DNA from: Selaginella moellendorffii | Taxonomy: Eukaryota > Plantae > Lycopodiophyta | Length of the DNA: 64,000 bases | Direction of reading: 5' to 3' | NCBI RefSeq assembly: GCF_000143415.4 | Contig: NW_003314428.1 | Coordinates: forward strand, 79,011-143,010 | Part shown: one piece after another, positions 12,478 to 24,193 of the stretch | Layout: each line of letters begins with the position of its first letter | Position numbering within the stretch: position 1 is the stretch's first letter | The notes under the pieces: model-generated | The model's input: only the letters and a program-made list of their open reading frames with translations | What the model was told of the DNA's origin: nothing | Databases searched by the model: none | Made by a program: the position numbers and the translations under genes

Positions 12478-14593
12478 AGTGTGGGGGTTAGATTCTAGTG
12501 GAACTAGTTTGGCTAGGCAAGGCCAGTATGACCAAGGAAGGCTATACCCATGTGTTGGGCAATAATATATCCATTGAGGAGTTCAATGCTAGAGTGAATA
12601 TGGACAGACAAGTGGGGTAGCTTGGTGAAGTGTTCAAGAGCTAACTTTAGCTCCCTCGGGAGATCGAATGGTTGATGCTCCCAATCCAAGTATGGGTGGC
12701 ACTACCTACTTGGATACCTGGCATGGCTTATTAGAACCTCACTCTAGCCACATGGCTAGGGCACCCAAAGGTGGAAGGTGGGGAGAGTACCCACGAGGCT
12801 CAAATAGGGCCATGGTGTTTTAAAATATTATCCTAGAGTCCCAGACTAAGGAAGGGAAGAGGAGCAGTCCTTTTGTGTGGTGACCAAGGATGCGGTCATG
12901 TGGCAAGAAAGTCCTAGAGGCCAATGGGGTATAGTGGTTGAGCCTGTGGGCCTTGACCTAGGGGTAGTGTTGGCAAACACAACTGTGGACAGAAAGGGAT
13001 TTGGTGGGGACTGAAAAAAGGATATTGGGGAAGGGTGTTCTTTATAACTATGGGCATTCTAAAGATGCTAAAGAGTGGATTTGGGATGATCACTAATGGA
13101 CAGATAGCCCAATCTTTGAGAGACGGGACTGTGATGTAGGTGGTGTTGGATCATTGATGTGACAAAGGTGAATAGGCATGGCTTCAGTGTAACAAGCTAA
13201 TATGTTAGTGGTATCTTTGGGTGTTAGTCATAGGATTGGACATGTGGAGCACTTAGACCAAATGCAAAGGTTGAGTGGCACATATACTATTCTCAGGGCT
13301 AGCAAGTCCCCAAGTCAAGAATAGGACTTATGAAGGTTGTGAGGGAAACTCCTTTAAGTGGTCAGAGGTGTGGTTAAATGACTAAAGTAAAATGAAAAAT
13401 TTAGTCGTTTACAATTTGGTATCAGAGCTATTCCTTAGTCCGACTCTTATTGGTGGTTAAGTACGTCACCACTTGATATTGACATCGGAAGGTCTCAAAA
13501 TTGGGCCTATCCTCGAGAAGTAGCATGTTGAAAGAGCATAGGTTTATAAATAAACATGTTGGCAATGTGGTGGATAGAAAGGGGCCAATTTGGGAACAAC
13601 TTTGGGATCTTGGGAACAGTAGATGGTTTTCTCTTAGAGAGTTAAGGATGTGATCTATAAAAACGTTTGACTTAGCAAATTAGCTAATGTGGTTGTAGTA
13701 AACATATAGTTGGGATCACAAGAATGATAAAAACTCCTAAACGATAAAGAAGTCATAAAGTTATCCTTGTATGGTTGAGGATGATGCTTAAGAATTTAAG
13801 GCTTGAGTTAGTGACCATAGAAGGTCAAATACGAATGAGGACACAAGTCCTTGAAATAGTAGTCGGGGCTACCTTTAATAATGTTGGAATAATGAAGGAG
13901 TTGGGGATGTATTTAGAGAATAAGTTGGTATTCTCACCACATGAATAGATAGTCCTAGAAGGCAAAGGCAACCCACATGAAACAAGAAATAATTAAGTGT
14001 CATAGTAACACTTGCAAAGATGGTCCTTGTGAGTAGGACATGAATAGAAAAAGTTGTATTTCAGTGAACTAGCACCTTAAAATAGCCATGAGGCTAGGAT
14101 CTTTATTGGTCGTCAAATTAGCAAAGTCCGAAAAGTTGGATAACTCTAGTGGAGTCAAGAAATGGTCCTAAAGGACTAGTAGAAGCATTTGGACTGAGGT
14201 GTGTTGTACTCTACAAAGATGGGAAGGATCATAAGATCTAAGTATAAGAATAGTGAGTATCTCATTGATGGTAGAATGTGCCATACTAAAGTCATGGGAA
14301 AAGTGTTCCTAGAAGAAAGCAACTTTGGCACAAAGTTGTGTGTGAACACTATGATGTAGTGCTAACTGATAGTTAGCATGAGAAACATTTACTTTAGTCT
14401 TGGCAAAGACTTAGACAAAAGTCAAGTGTTGTAAAAGTAAGCTTGTAGAGCCAATGATGTGGAGACACCAAATGTGCTAAGGTGTGATGCCTTGAGGTCA
14501 AGTTAGTGGCTTTATGAGAACCCTTTGCCAAAGGAAACCCAATGGAAATGGGAATGGCATAGCCTAAGTTAGAAGGTACATGATTAGAGTGTT

Positions 14594-15606
14594 TATAAGC
14601 CACAAATTTTTCCTTTCCAATTTGCTAGCTTACATCATCTATCCAACCACCATGACTTTGGCCTTCGTTAAGTTCCCTTGCCAAGGTTCCCACCTATTGT
14701 ACCAGCTCCTACTTGGTTTTACTTGATTTTAGCAACTCATTGCACGAATAACAAAGCGTTAGCCATCCATCAATGGATTCCCAAATTTATCCCAATCCCC
14801 CTCCCTGGGTTAGACTTGACTTAAGGTTCAGCTACACTCTTTACAGGCATAAGTAGCCAAACACACTAAGCCTCTAGGTTCTTAACATCCCTTAGTACAA
14901 CAAGACTTGATTATGGGACACTCTAAATCCCAAGCCTTGAGTGCAACACTTACTCCAGGACACTAGGGGAAGCACCATGGCATAACAGCCTGGTATAGGT
15001 ATTCCTACTCCCCCACTTCCATCCCGAAGGGAAGGCCCAAGCCCCTAGGAAGGGCAAGGACCAATGAGCCGCAAAATACTCAAATGGGGCACCACTCCAC
15101 ATAAGCCGAGAGCACCGTAGTCGGTTTCCCTTCAAAAAGTGGGAGCTGCTCTTGAGCACTTTCTTGGGTGGCCCCTCTGGCACCCCCAAGTCTATGCTCA
15201 CTCCCACCCAAGGCCCTTATGCCCTAACCTCAACCTCAAGTCAGTTTGGAAGCACCACTGGAGAGTTCCTTCAAGACTAGTTCTTAGACCTCATTATCCC
15301 TACTATACTTTTGGAACCCCCTGCAGCGCCCCCCCCCCCCCCCCTTGGGAGCATATGCTTTGGGATTTCACCCCATAACTTGTATTAGTATTTGGACTCG
15401 ATTTCAAACTTGATCTTGGACTCGATCTTGGACTTGATCTTGAAGTCGGTCTCGAAGTCGGTCTCAGACTTGGTCTTAGAGTCGGTTCCAGACTTGATCT
15501 CGAACTCAATTTTGTACTCGGTCTTATCCAATGAACTTTTTATCATTTCGGTTGTGCTTTCGAGGATACTTTAGCTTACAATACTTCAGGGAGTTGGTTC
15601 CTTACA
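14594..15606. mobile_element. Degenerate solo LTR, family C, inserted in the family B internal region
   Basis: Absent from the paralogous B copy (empty site near 61310-61330, reverse strand). Ends TATAAG(=TGTAAG)...CTTACA. Degenerate TSD GTGTT/ATGTG. Part matches 55310-55570 in reverse complement. Confidence 0.7.
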
Positions 15607-16823
15607 ATGTGGTGACTCAAATAATGGAGGTGTGGAAGCACTAGCAATGAGTTGTAGGACTTGATAACTATGAGAAAACTAAGCAAAATATGAAATGTAA
15701 TTGATTGGATTGGTAAAAGTTAACTACTCAGACTTCTTATTGAGATAAGAATGTTAGGTATATCCTCAAGGGGATAAATTGTAATATAGTAAGTCAATAT
15801 CATAAAGGAAAATGCTTATTGTCAAAGAATGCCATCAGTGGGACATCTAAACACTCTAAAATATTAGAAAGTGGTGTTTGATATCATGATAGCATTAAAT
15901 AAGGCCCAAAGGACTAAATCCCTAATGAATAATAAATAGAAGGTGTTATCCAATGTCCAAGGTTGCAGAGATGGGAGAATTTTATCTATCTGAATTGGAC
16001 AAAGCCAAAAAGGATTTTGGCAAGGCTAGTGACGGGCATATGAAGACCCAAAAGTAGCTACATTAATCTTAGTGTGTCAGATTACAAGGTGAGTATATCC
16101 AGGTTGACGAACCACTCTCTATACTATCGGGTAGGTTCGCTCTAAAAATACTTGTTAAGGCATGGTAGAAAGTGTAAAGTTATCCTCCTAGTCTGGAGGA
16201 GAATAACTAAAAGAAACGTGTGGGGTCAAAAACAAATAAAGGGATAAAAATTAAACCATAGAAAGCAAAGGGCATAGCCAAGAGTGGTTAAACAAGTTGG
16301 GAGTGGAGAATCAAATGGTTATTTGAAAGTGTTATTACTAGCAATTGTGAGCCCATGGAGAGTCTAAAGTATGGAATTGTCCATATTAGACTATATGGCA
16401 ATTAAAAAGCTTGCAAAAGAAGAGGCCTTAACAAACTAAGGGATAGAGTCCCTTCAAGGTTCCCAAAGACAATTCTAGGTAAGTTAGTACTTAGAAAGAC
16501 AAGTGTAAATAGTTCATAGAACGTGCGAAATTAGAGTGGTGCAGCAGAAGTGTAGTTTTGAAGTTTGTCATGAGGCGAGGCTATCAAGATTGGGAAAGTA
16601 GTTCCTGAGTGTTCAAAGATATGGCTTTGAACAAAAATTGATGGTTAATGACTTTCACACTTATGTAGGAAACCATGTGACATTTGTCGGGTGACTTGCT
16701 AAGTGAGATTAGTAAGTCAGGGGAACAAAGACCCTAGTTGAAGGTGTTGACTTCAAAAGAGGGGCCTATATGGCCAAGCATGGAGTAGTTCATGTATGAT
16801 CATAGATTTGTCAAATGAGAGGA

Positions 16824-16847
16824 ATGCTCTATTTCGTTAAAGTGGGA
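16824..16847 (+). repeat. Left terminal inverted repeat
   Basis: Reverse complement of 30207-30230 with one mismatch at position 2. Confidence 0.93.
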
Positions 16848-17483
16848 TTTATTCAGTAAAATGGGACTAGGTACAAATTTTCAAGTATTTGAAAATGACG
16901 TGAAATTATATGTTTTTTGTCCAGGGGCTAGATATATCTGGGGCATGGTGACTAGCGCGGTGACTTTATGTCCAGACTGAGTCCATCTGGTTGTATAATA
17001 AATCTCATTGTCAAGGTGAACAAACCGAATCTGAAGCTAAAGAAGAGCGATGGCATGCGCGCACACACTATTTATTTGTTCATTGAGCGTGTGGTGAGCT
17101 TTCCAAGATGAATGTCATTCCTATTAGCCAGACATATAACTTAATAGTGAGAACATTTAGATATTATTCAATGTTATCTTTTTCTAACGAATCTAATTGT
17201 GAAGGTGTAGCAAGAGGCATTGCTAGTCTGGAGAAGTCATTTAACTCATTTGACCCTTAGTGTATTTTCATGAAACTAAATAACATTCATATTATTAAGG
17301 AATTTCTCTAGTACCTTTTTTTTACGACATAGAGGCTTGCATTTTTTTCAAAGGTGATTTAGTAAAAGGCCTGAGGGCACATGCCATTCTATTTCTCAGA
17401 CCGGTATTAAGATATACTAGTGCAAAGGGAAAAAGGTATTTGGTGATCAAGTAAATGGCATGAGGGCACACGCCATTATAAGC

Positions 17484-17741
17484 CTAAGCGCTAGTGGACA
17501 CCTCCTTTTTGGTACTCTCAGCGGTACTATCATCCTTCTCTGGGTCAGTTGTTTTGCTTTGGATTGTTGTCTCTGACGTTACTGGGGTGTTCTCGATAGT
17601 TGTTAATGTTGCCGTTTGTTCAGAAAAATGATCACTTGGAGTATAGTACGGGGAGTTTGGAAGACTTATATATTCTACATCTTCACCTATCTCCTTCTCC
17701 GTCTCCTTTTCTGCCTCACTTACAGATTTTGTGCTTGCCAT
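17484..17741 (-). CDS. Small acidic, Thr/Ser-rich hypothetical ORF inside the transposon
   Basis: MASTKSVSEAEKETEKEIGEDVEY...EVSTSA*. A TTTTAG acceptor-like site lies just upstream and a palindrome copy lies just past the stop. No recognisable domain. Confidence 0.3.
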   Translation of the reverse strand: MASTKSVSEAEKETEKEIGEDVEYISLPNSPYYTPSDHFSEQTATLTTIENTPVTSETTIQSKTTDPEKDDSTAESTKKEVSTSA

Positions 17742-17948
17742 GAGAGCGCTCTTCACCCTAAAATATGGAGTTTGTTGTGTTATAAAAGGAAACCAACACA
17801 CACGCTGCAAGGGAATGATGGTACATAAAGCACGTAAGCCCACAATATGGGTTTATGTGCCATTAATATGGGCCACACGCCATATTATTAGATTTATGCA
17901 CATGTGATTGGTAAATGCATATGTCACATCATCTCAGGCCACATGCCA

Positions 17949-20900
17949 TCACGCCTCCTCTGATTCAGATTCGGATTGTTCACCTTGAAATAAAATACAT
18001 TAGAAACTTAGTAAAGGAATATTCATGAATCTCACCTTGAACCCAGGTTATGAATGCTCTTGCTGCATCTCTTGCATGGTCTGGCAAGGTGATGGTGGCA
18101 CTCTGCTTCCACATCCAACCATGCACAACATTATCCACCGATATGCTCATGCTGGGATCCCTTGGATTCAGCACCCATCTCTTTTCTAGGCAATCCTTCG
18201 TATATCCGGAACTTGGCTTGAACCACTCCACAGTTACATTGAAGGAGTTAGTTTCCGCGTCCTCCTCTGCATCAGTGATGCAGTGTCCCACCCATATCAT
18301 TTGTTTTTTATTACTGGGTCTGACAAGCACGACCATTCCTTTGCAGACCTGTACTGGATTGAATGCTGAATCTGGCTTCTTGTTCCTCGGCCCACAATAG
18401 TGATCCTCAACATCGTTATCTGTCACTGCATTTCTAGAGGACATTGTTCCGCTACTATCTGGTGCTCTAGGTTCTGGCCAAAAGGACTCTTCCAATTCTT
18501 CATATACAACCGGCCCATTTTGGATAGCAGATATAATCTTCTCCCAGTATTCGAGCAAAGGCTTGCACCTCTGAAAATAGGATTCTCCACCAAACACCAA
18601 CCCCCTCTTCCAGAAGGCAATATGCTATCTAATCCCGGCCACTATACTTTCCTGGTCTTTGAGTCCATCCGAGTGCATCGGCCATGGGGAACACTGAGGA
18701 ATCATAGGTTCCCCAATTATGGGATCTCTCTTGAAGAGTTCAATGCCGTCCACTGGCAGCCACACTGTGTCCCATTCTCTCATCTTGTACCTCATCACTG
18801 GAGCACCGTCACACATGCTGAAATGAAACTGAAGAGGCTTGGAGTGGCCAATCAGCGTTTCGGATCCGTCCCTGATGTAGCCTCTTACAAACCCCTTAAA
18901 GTCTGGAATCTCTGTCAGAAGTGCAGCTTCAACAGTGCCTTTGATGCAATTTTGGAATTCATCGTAGAGTTGTGGGAGGGTGAGGACATTGGATCGCCGA
19001 AGGGACTCTGCCAGGTGACTAAACATGGCATCGACGTCTTCATGAGTGTGCCCAACCATGAGAAAGCCAAGTGTAACCGTTTCAAATATGCCTTTGGCAA
19101 CAAGCATCGCCAAGTACGCGAAGACGTACGTTTTTGTTCTCACTGCCAGCATTGTCTGTTTGGAGCAGAAGATGGGGTGGAAGGCCACATCGGCCGCAAG
19201 AACTTCCTTGAGATTCTGCTTCGTTTGGATGAGGCTGTGCATTCACCGGGCGACTAGCCTCGTCGGAATGGCATGAGGCCTCACGTGATAACCCTACAAT
19301 CTGACGGCCAACATATTCACTGGGATGGCATGGGGCCCCACGCGATATTGCAAGCCTTTGCTCCTCCTCCAGCTGAACCCTGTATGGGGTTCGATCGACA
19401 AGGGCCTTATGCAAGGGTTGGCCGTTCAGCTCAGTCTGCGCACTTTGTAGAGACCTTAAGTGTTTTGCTAGGGACGCAATCATCATGTTTGCACCCCCGC
19501 CACCCCATAGAGGTACAAAGAAGTTCCCATAGTTCTGGGCACCATGCCCATGAGCGATTATGCCAAACAGAGACACAGGTAGCTGCATGGATGAAGAGAT
19601 TGCCTTGGGGGCAGGATTGAGTCGAGGTAAGCACGTCTTTTTCTGGTCCATTTTGTCGTGGATGATGCAGAGGTAAGAGTCAGGTCTCTCCATGGAGAGA
19701 ATCCTGTTATGATAATATGCAGTCCTGCAGCTTCTCTGCTCGATGTTGTGGTCGAGCCGCCTTCTAACCAACGTCTCTCGCTCTTGAGCGATGCAAGAAT
19801 TCTTCGACAAAGCCATTTTGATAGCAGTGCACTCGTCACACTTTGAAAAGCTGGAGTACTTTCCTATACTCACATCCCTGAACCTGTTGCTCCACAATCT
19901 ACTAAATCTAGATTGGCTCAGCTTCCTGTAGCCATTACTCTGGAGTTCCTGATTCACATCTTCCAATATGGCCCCCTTGGTATACATGGAAGGGAGAACT
20001 CGTTGGGTGTCTCGTGTTCCATCTTCCAAAAGGCGGGTTTTATGTGGTTGCTGCTCGCTACATGTCTCGACAAACCTCTTGAAGATTGCCTCTCCATATA
20101 CAACATGACCCCTGGTTTTGTGCATACCGTCGTTCCCATGGACTGCCTGTTGAACCCTTTGTTCCTCGAACTCAGTTTTGATTCTGTAGAATGTGGTTCG
20201 AGGGACTCCATAAATGATTCTCCATGCCTTCATGCAGACCAAACCCCTCTGGAAGACCATGCCCCCCACCTGATGTTCTGAAGCATCAACAGATGACCGT
20301 AATGCCTCATACACAAAATTGCGAGCTGCCTTCCAGGACAATGTCTTGTATCTTGCTCTCTCCTCTTCAATAGCATCCCAATCAGCATGTTGACAGCACC
20401 TCCTCTTGCAACAAGCAACTGTTGAGACCATTCGAACTTCCATCGCCATTTTCTGCCTTTTCGGTTCGTTGCTCAGATCCCTTTGGCTGCGCTTTAGGAA
20501 GGTGTACTTTCTTTTCCCATAAAGAGATGTTCTATCATCAGTTGTAATGGTGTTTGATTGTGAATCCTTCACATTCTCAAACACTAAGTGCCTCAATTTC
20601 CACCGCACAATGCTTCCAATAGTCAGACTGTTTTCTTCTGTGTCAACAACCTCTAAAATCACAACTCCAATATCATCCCAGCCCAATTCTTGATTAGCAA
20701 CCGCATCTCTTGGATCGACAACTGTGGCTAAGCCCTCAGCTACCACCTCCCCCTCGGGGTTGTTTAGAAACACCTTCGCCTGAATCCATGTAGCACGGTT
20801 CTTAAGATCCACGGAGGGAACATGCGTCGCACTTGCGCTGTCCCCAACATCTGCTTTCTTCTGAAGATTTTTCAAGGCAACAACAACATTTACCCCGACG

Positions 20901-21088
20901 ACCATCTCTCCTCGTTCAATAGCGACCACATTCCCAGCGAAGACAGTCTCTACTGATACAGCAGCATTGCCTTCCCCAAGCCTTTGACAGTGTATAACAA
21001 AGTTCCGATCCATAGACACAAGGGTCCCTTTTGCAACTCTCTTCCCACCATTTAAAATGTAAACCTTTTCCCCAACCCTGAAGGCCAT
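17949..21088 (-). pseudogene. Sola-like / DUF7869-type DDD transposase (~1000 aa), disrupted
   Basis: Joins ORFs 19082-21088, 18625-19242 and 17980-18600. Motifs CCKRRCC, VCMKAWRIIYG, FSKCDEC, IIHDKMDQ, LQTDNAGSENKN, FLMVGHTHEDVDAMFS. Frameshift at ~19130 (ENKN/YVFAYL). In-frame TAG at 18625-18627. Predicted 52-nt intron 18035-17984 and last exon GEQSESESEEA*. Probable 5'UTR intron 21605-21090. Confidence 0.8.
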
Positions 21089-21276
21089 TCTGAAAGTGCA
21101 GAAAAGAAGTTAAGACCATATAAAAAATGATTGGAGAATGGCCTAAATCATAACATACCAAACAACCTCAATAGCATGAGGCCACATGCCATTATTCAAA
21201 CATGCTATTGACACCCACGTGAAATTTCGCATTCACAAAATTGGCATGAGCCCTCATGCCATTAGTGGTACCACTA

Positions 21277-21468
21277 ATGGCATGAGGCCTCACGCTATCT
21301 TTGGCCACTGCTAGCCTGTTGCTATATTCCTTTTGCCTTGTTGCAACTGTATATATTTTTGTGTGCGTGACTAGTCACCCATGCAAAAATATATACAATT
21401 GCAGCAAGGCAAAAGGAATATGGCAATAGGCTAGCAGGGGCCAAAGATGGCATGAGGCCTCATGCCAT
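21277..21468. repeat. 192-bp loopless palindrome capped by two copies of the 22-bp motif
   Basis: 96-bp arms centred on GTGACT|AGTCAC (21372/21373), mismatches mostly transitions. Overlaps a 58-bp palindrome at 21241-21298 centred on GGTACC. Confidence 0.9.
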
Positions 21469-21659
21469 CTTGATATACACATAGCTGCAGGCAAGTAAAA
21501 ATATACATGACAATATGCTAGCCATGAAATTGCAAGGGCCCAAGATGGCATGTGGCCTCATGCCATTTCTAAATGTGGTCCTAAGCCATTCCATGGTGAA
21601 CATACCAGGAAGCACAAGTGCCGAATATCAAGAGGAAGCGGTAGCCACACCAAAGACAG

Positions 21660-24193
21660 TGCCGCTCGCAACACCGCAACTGCTCGTAGCGCCGCTCGCA
21701 CAAACTGCCACTCGCATAAACTGCCGCTCGCAATGGCGCTCGCAATGCCGCAACCGCTCGTAGACGCATAAACCACAGCCCACAACGCCGCTTACACAAG
21801 CAGCGCTCACTGCGCTCAGCGGAACCAAGAACACGGCGCACAAAAATGATAGACCTAGGAATGAGTTCGAGAATTCAAAAATAACACACGCTTGAACGTC
21901 ACATCAAATCCTCTGACAAACCAGATTTTATGATTCCTCTGACAAATTTCAAACTGAGTAGCTTCTAGACTTTGCTGTCGGAGGTTGAACTTTGTCACAT
22001 CATGTCCTTGCCTCAATCCAACTGTGCCATGTCAGTGATTCGAACTTTGCCATGCCATGTCAGCGATCCGCGCCAAGATTATTCGCCGTGTAAAGGAATA
22101 ATTATGCTGTGTGTGTACGTCCATTTATGGCAATATAAGGCCACACGCCATTCAAAGAATAATGCTAATCGAGCATTTTTTGGTGCATTTTTGGGTTAAA
22201 AATTGCATGAGCCCACACGCTATAAAGTTTACCTGTACCAAAAATAGAAACAGCTTTATTTACTTGGGAATTTAAGTGGTTGAGGCATTTTTAAACTTAC
22301 AAACACATGCCCTACTTACATTCCTTTGGTTGCTTAAAATTCAAAAATATTATAAACCTTTCTTTTTGCATTTTCAATGTTTTCAATTATGGTTTTTGAT
22401 TTTCGCAGGACCAGCCTAGTAATCTATTTGCATCCCGTCATGTTTATAACTAGCTTTCGTTTGTCCCCTTCGCTAGCCTGAGATACATCTGCTCGGCATC
22501 TGCCTCTTACAGCATTTGCCCAGAAAGGGCATCTTTCTTCACGCAGCATTTGCCACATGTTTAGGGTTTAGGGTTTAGAGTTTAGCAATTCAGTAGCTTG
22601 ATAAACATGCAAATACAGAACTTGATGCAAAATCCTTTGATATGTCACAATGCCCCTAGGACCATAAACACATTTCAATAGAGAGGGTCCTTTCATTTCA
22701 TAACTCCTTACGTAGATCTTGGTGAAACCAGAGTTAGTGAAGTTAGTTTCTTGTGATCCCGCATCTGATTGTGATGTCCCTTTGCAGTGTCGATGGAAAG
22801 GTCAATGCACACCAAACTGTAAAATCTTGGAGCAAAATAATGGTCGGATCTATGGCAAATGCCCCTGAAACATTGTAAGGCTCGTGTGGTCTCATGTGGT
22901 GTCCGATTGAGATGCTTCTTTGCAGGGTCATCAAGAAAGACATTGTATACCATTCTGTAAAATCTAGTTGCGATCTAACGGTTGGATCTCCAGAAAACTC
23001 AAAAACATCTCGCGCGTGTCAGAATATCCTAGAAATATACTCCTATGTGCCCCTGAAAATGGCATGCGGCCCCACGCCATTCAAGAGATAACGCCAGATG
23101 ACGTCGAGAATTTTTTGGTGCATTTTTTGGGTTCAAAATTGCATGAGCCCACACGCTATAAAGTTTATCTTTGCCAAATAGAGAAAAGTTTATCTGTGTC
23201 ATGTGAGGTAGTTACAGTCCTTTGTGCTCGGCATCTGCCTCTTGCAGCATTTGCACTGAAAGGGAATTTTTCTCCATTCAGCATTTGGCCCTGAAAATGG
23301 CATGCGCCCACACGCCATTCAAGGAATAACGCCACAGGACGCCTGGATTTTTGGGTTTAAAATGTTTAGGGTTTTTTGGGTTTTTTCAAAATATTTTGGG
23401 TCCAACGTTTTTTGGGTTTCTTTGGTTCAAAATTGCATGAGCCCACACGCTATAATATTGATTTGAGAGAAAAATAGAAACAGATAGAATTTCTTTATTT
23501 AGCTGAACATCTGCCATTTTTGGAAATACAAGATGCTTTGGAATATCCAATCATGCATGGTATAAATATAGCGAGGGTATTAAATGATATCCCAATCATG
23601 ATCTTTCTTTTGGATTTCGCGTGCATGCAGTTCGAGGAATGATGACGTTGCGGATTTCTTTTGGATTTTGCGTGCTTGCATGCGCGCGGCAATCCAGAAA
23701 TTAATGGTGGCGCCCAAGTCCGAGGAATGATGATGTGGTGGGATTACCAACCGTTGTGACATTTCGCGCGTGTGAGGTTAGGTTTTGCATTTTGCTTCGT
23801 ACTCGTGCTCGCACACTCGCGCTCGTGCTCGCATCACACTCACGCTCGCATCGCGCTCTCACTCGCGATCACGCTCACATTCGCGCTCATCTACCTTCTC
23901 TACAGGTTTCTCATGTGCATCGGCGTCCACTCGCGCTTGCATCACACTCGTGCTCGCATCGCGCTCGTGTGCATCGGCGTCCACTTCAAGACACACCCAG
24001 TTTGTAACTTTGCCGCCAACTCCGCCGCCCACTCCGCCACCCACACGCAGCCCACTTGGCGTCTCGGGAGATTTCAGCGCCACTCTCCAACTGTAAGTGG
24101 CAGAGTAGCCTTGCTGCTACGATCCGCTGCACACACAGTGCACATTCGCCAGCGAGTCCGGCCTCGATTGTCACGGCCTCCATTCGGCTTCAA
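21660..24193. promoter_or_regulatory. Divergent promoter / 5'UTR region between transposase and cargo gene
   Basis: The two genes point away from it. CpG-rich short repeats (GCCGCTCGCA at 21661-21840; CTCGCATC/GCGCTC at 23800-23990). Duplicated units, each with two palindromes (~22130-22250, ~23050-23190, ~23290-23480). TTTAGGG tract at 22560-22585. Confidence 0.55.

Noticed and set aside
11276-12565. Long ORFs of 270-430 aa in several frames (also 56345-57327 and 63353-63959)
   Set aside because: Produced by the stop-free LTR minisatellite; open on both strands, low complexity, no domain.
22560-22585. TTTAGGG tract as a telomere or chromosome-healing site
   Set aside because: Only about 3-4 units, internal to a transposon promoter region; more consistent with a telo-box-like motif.
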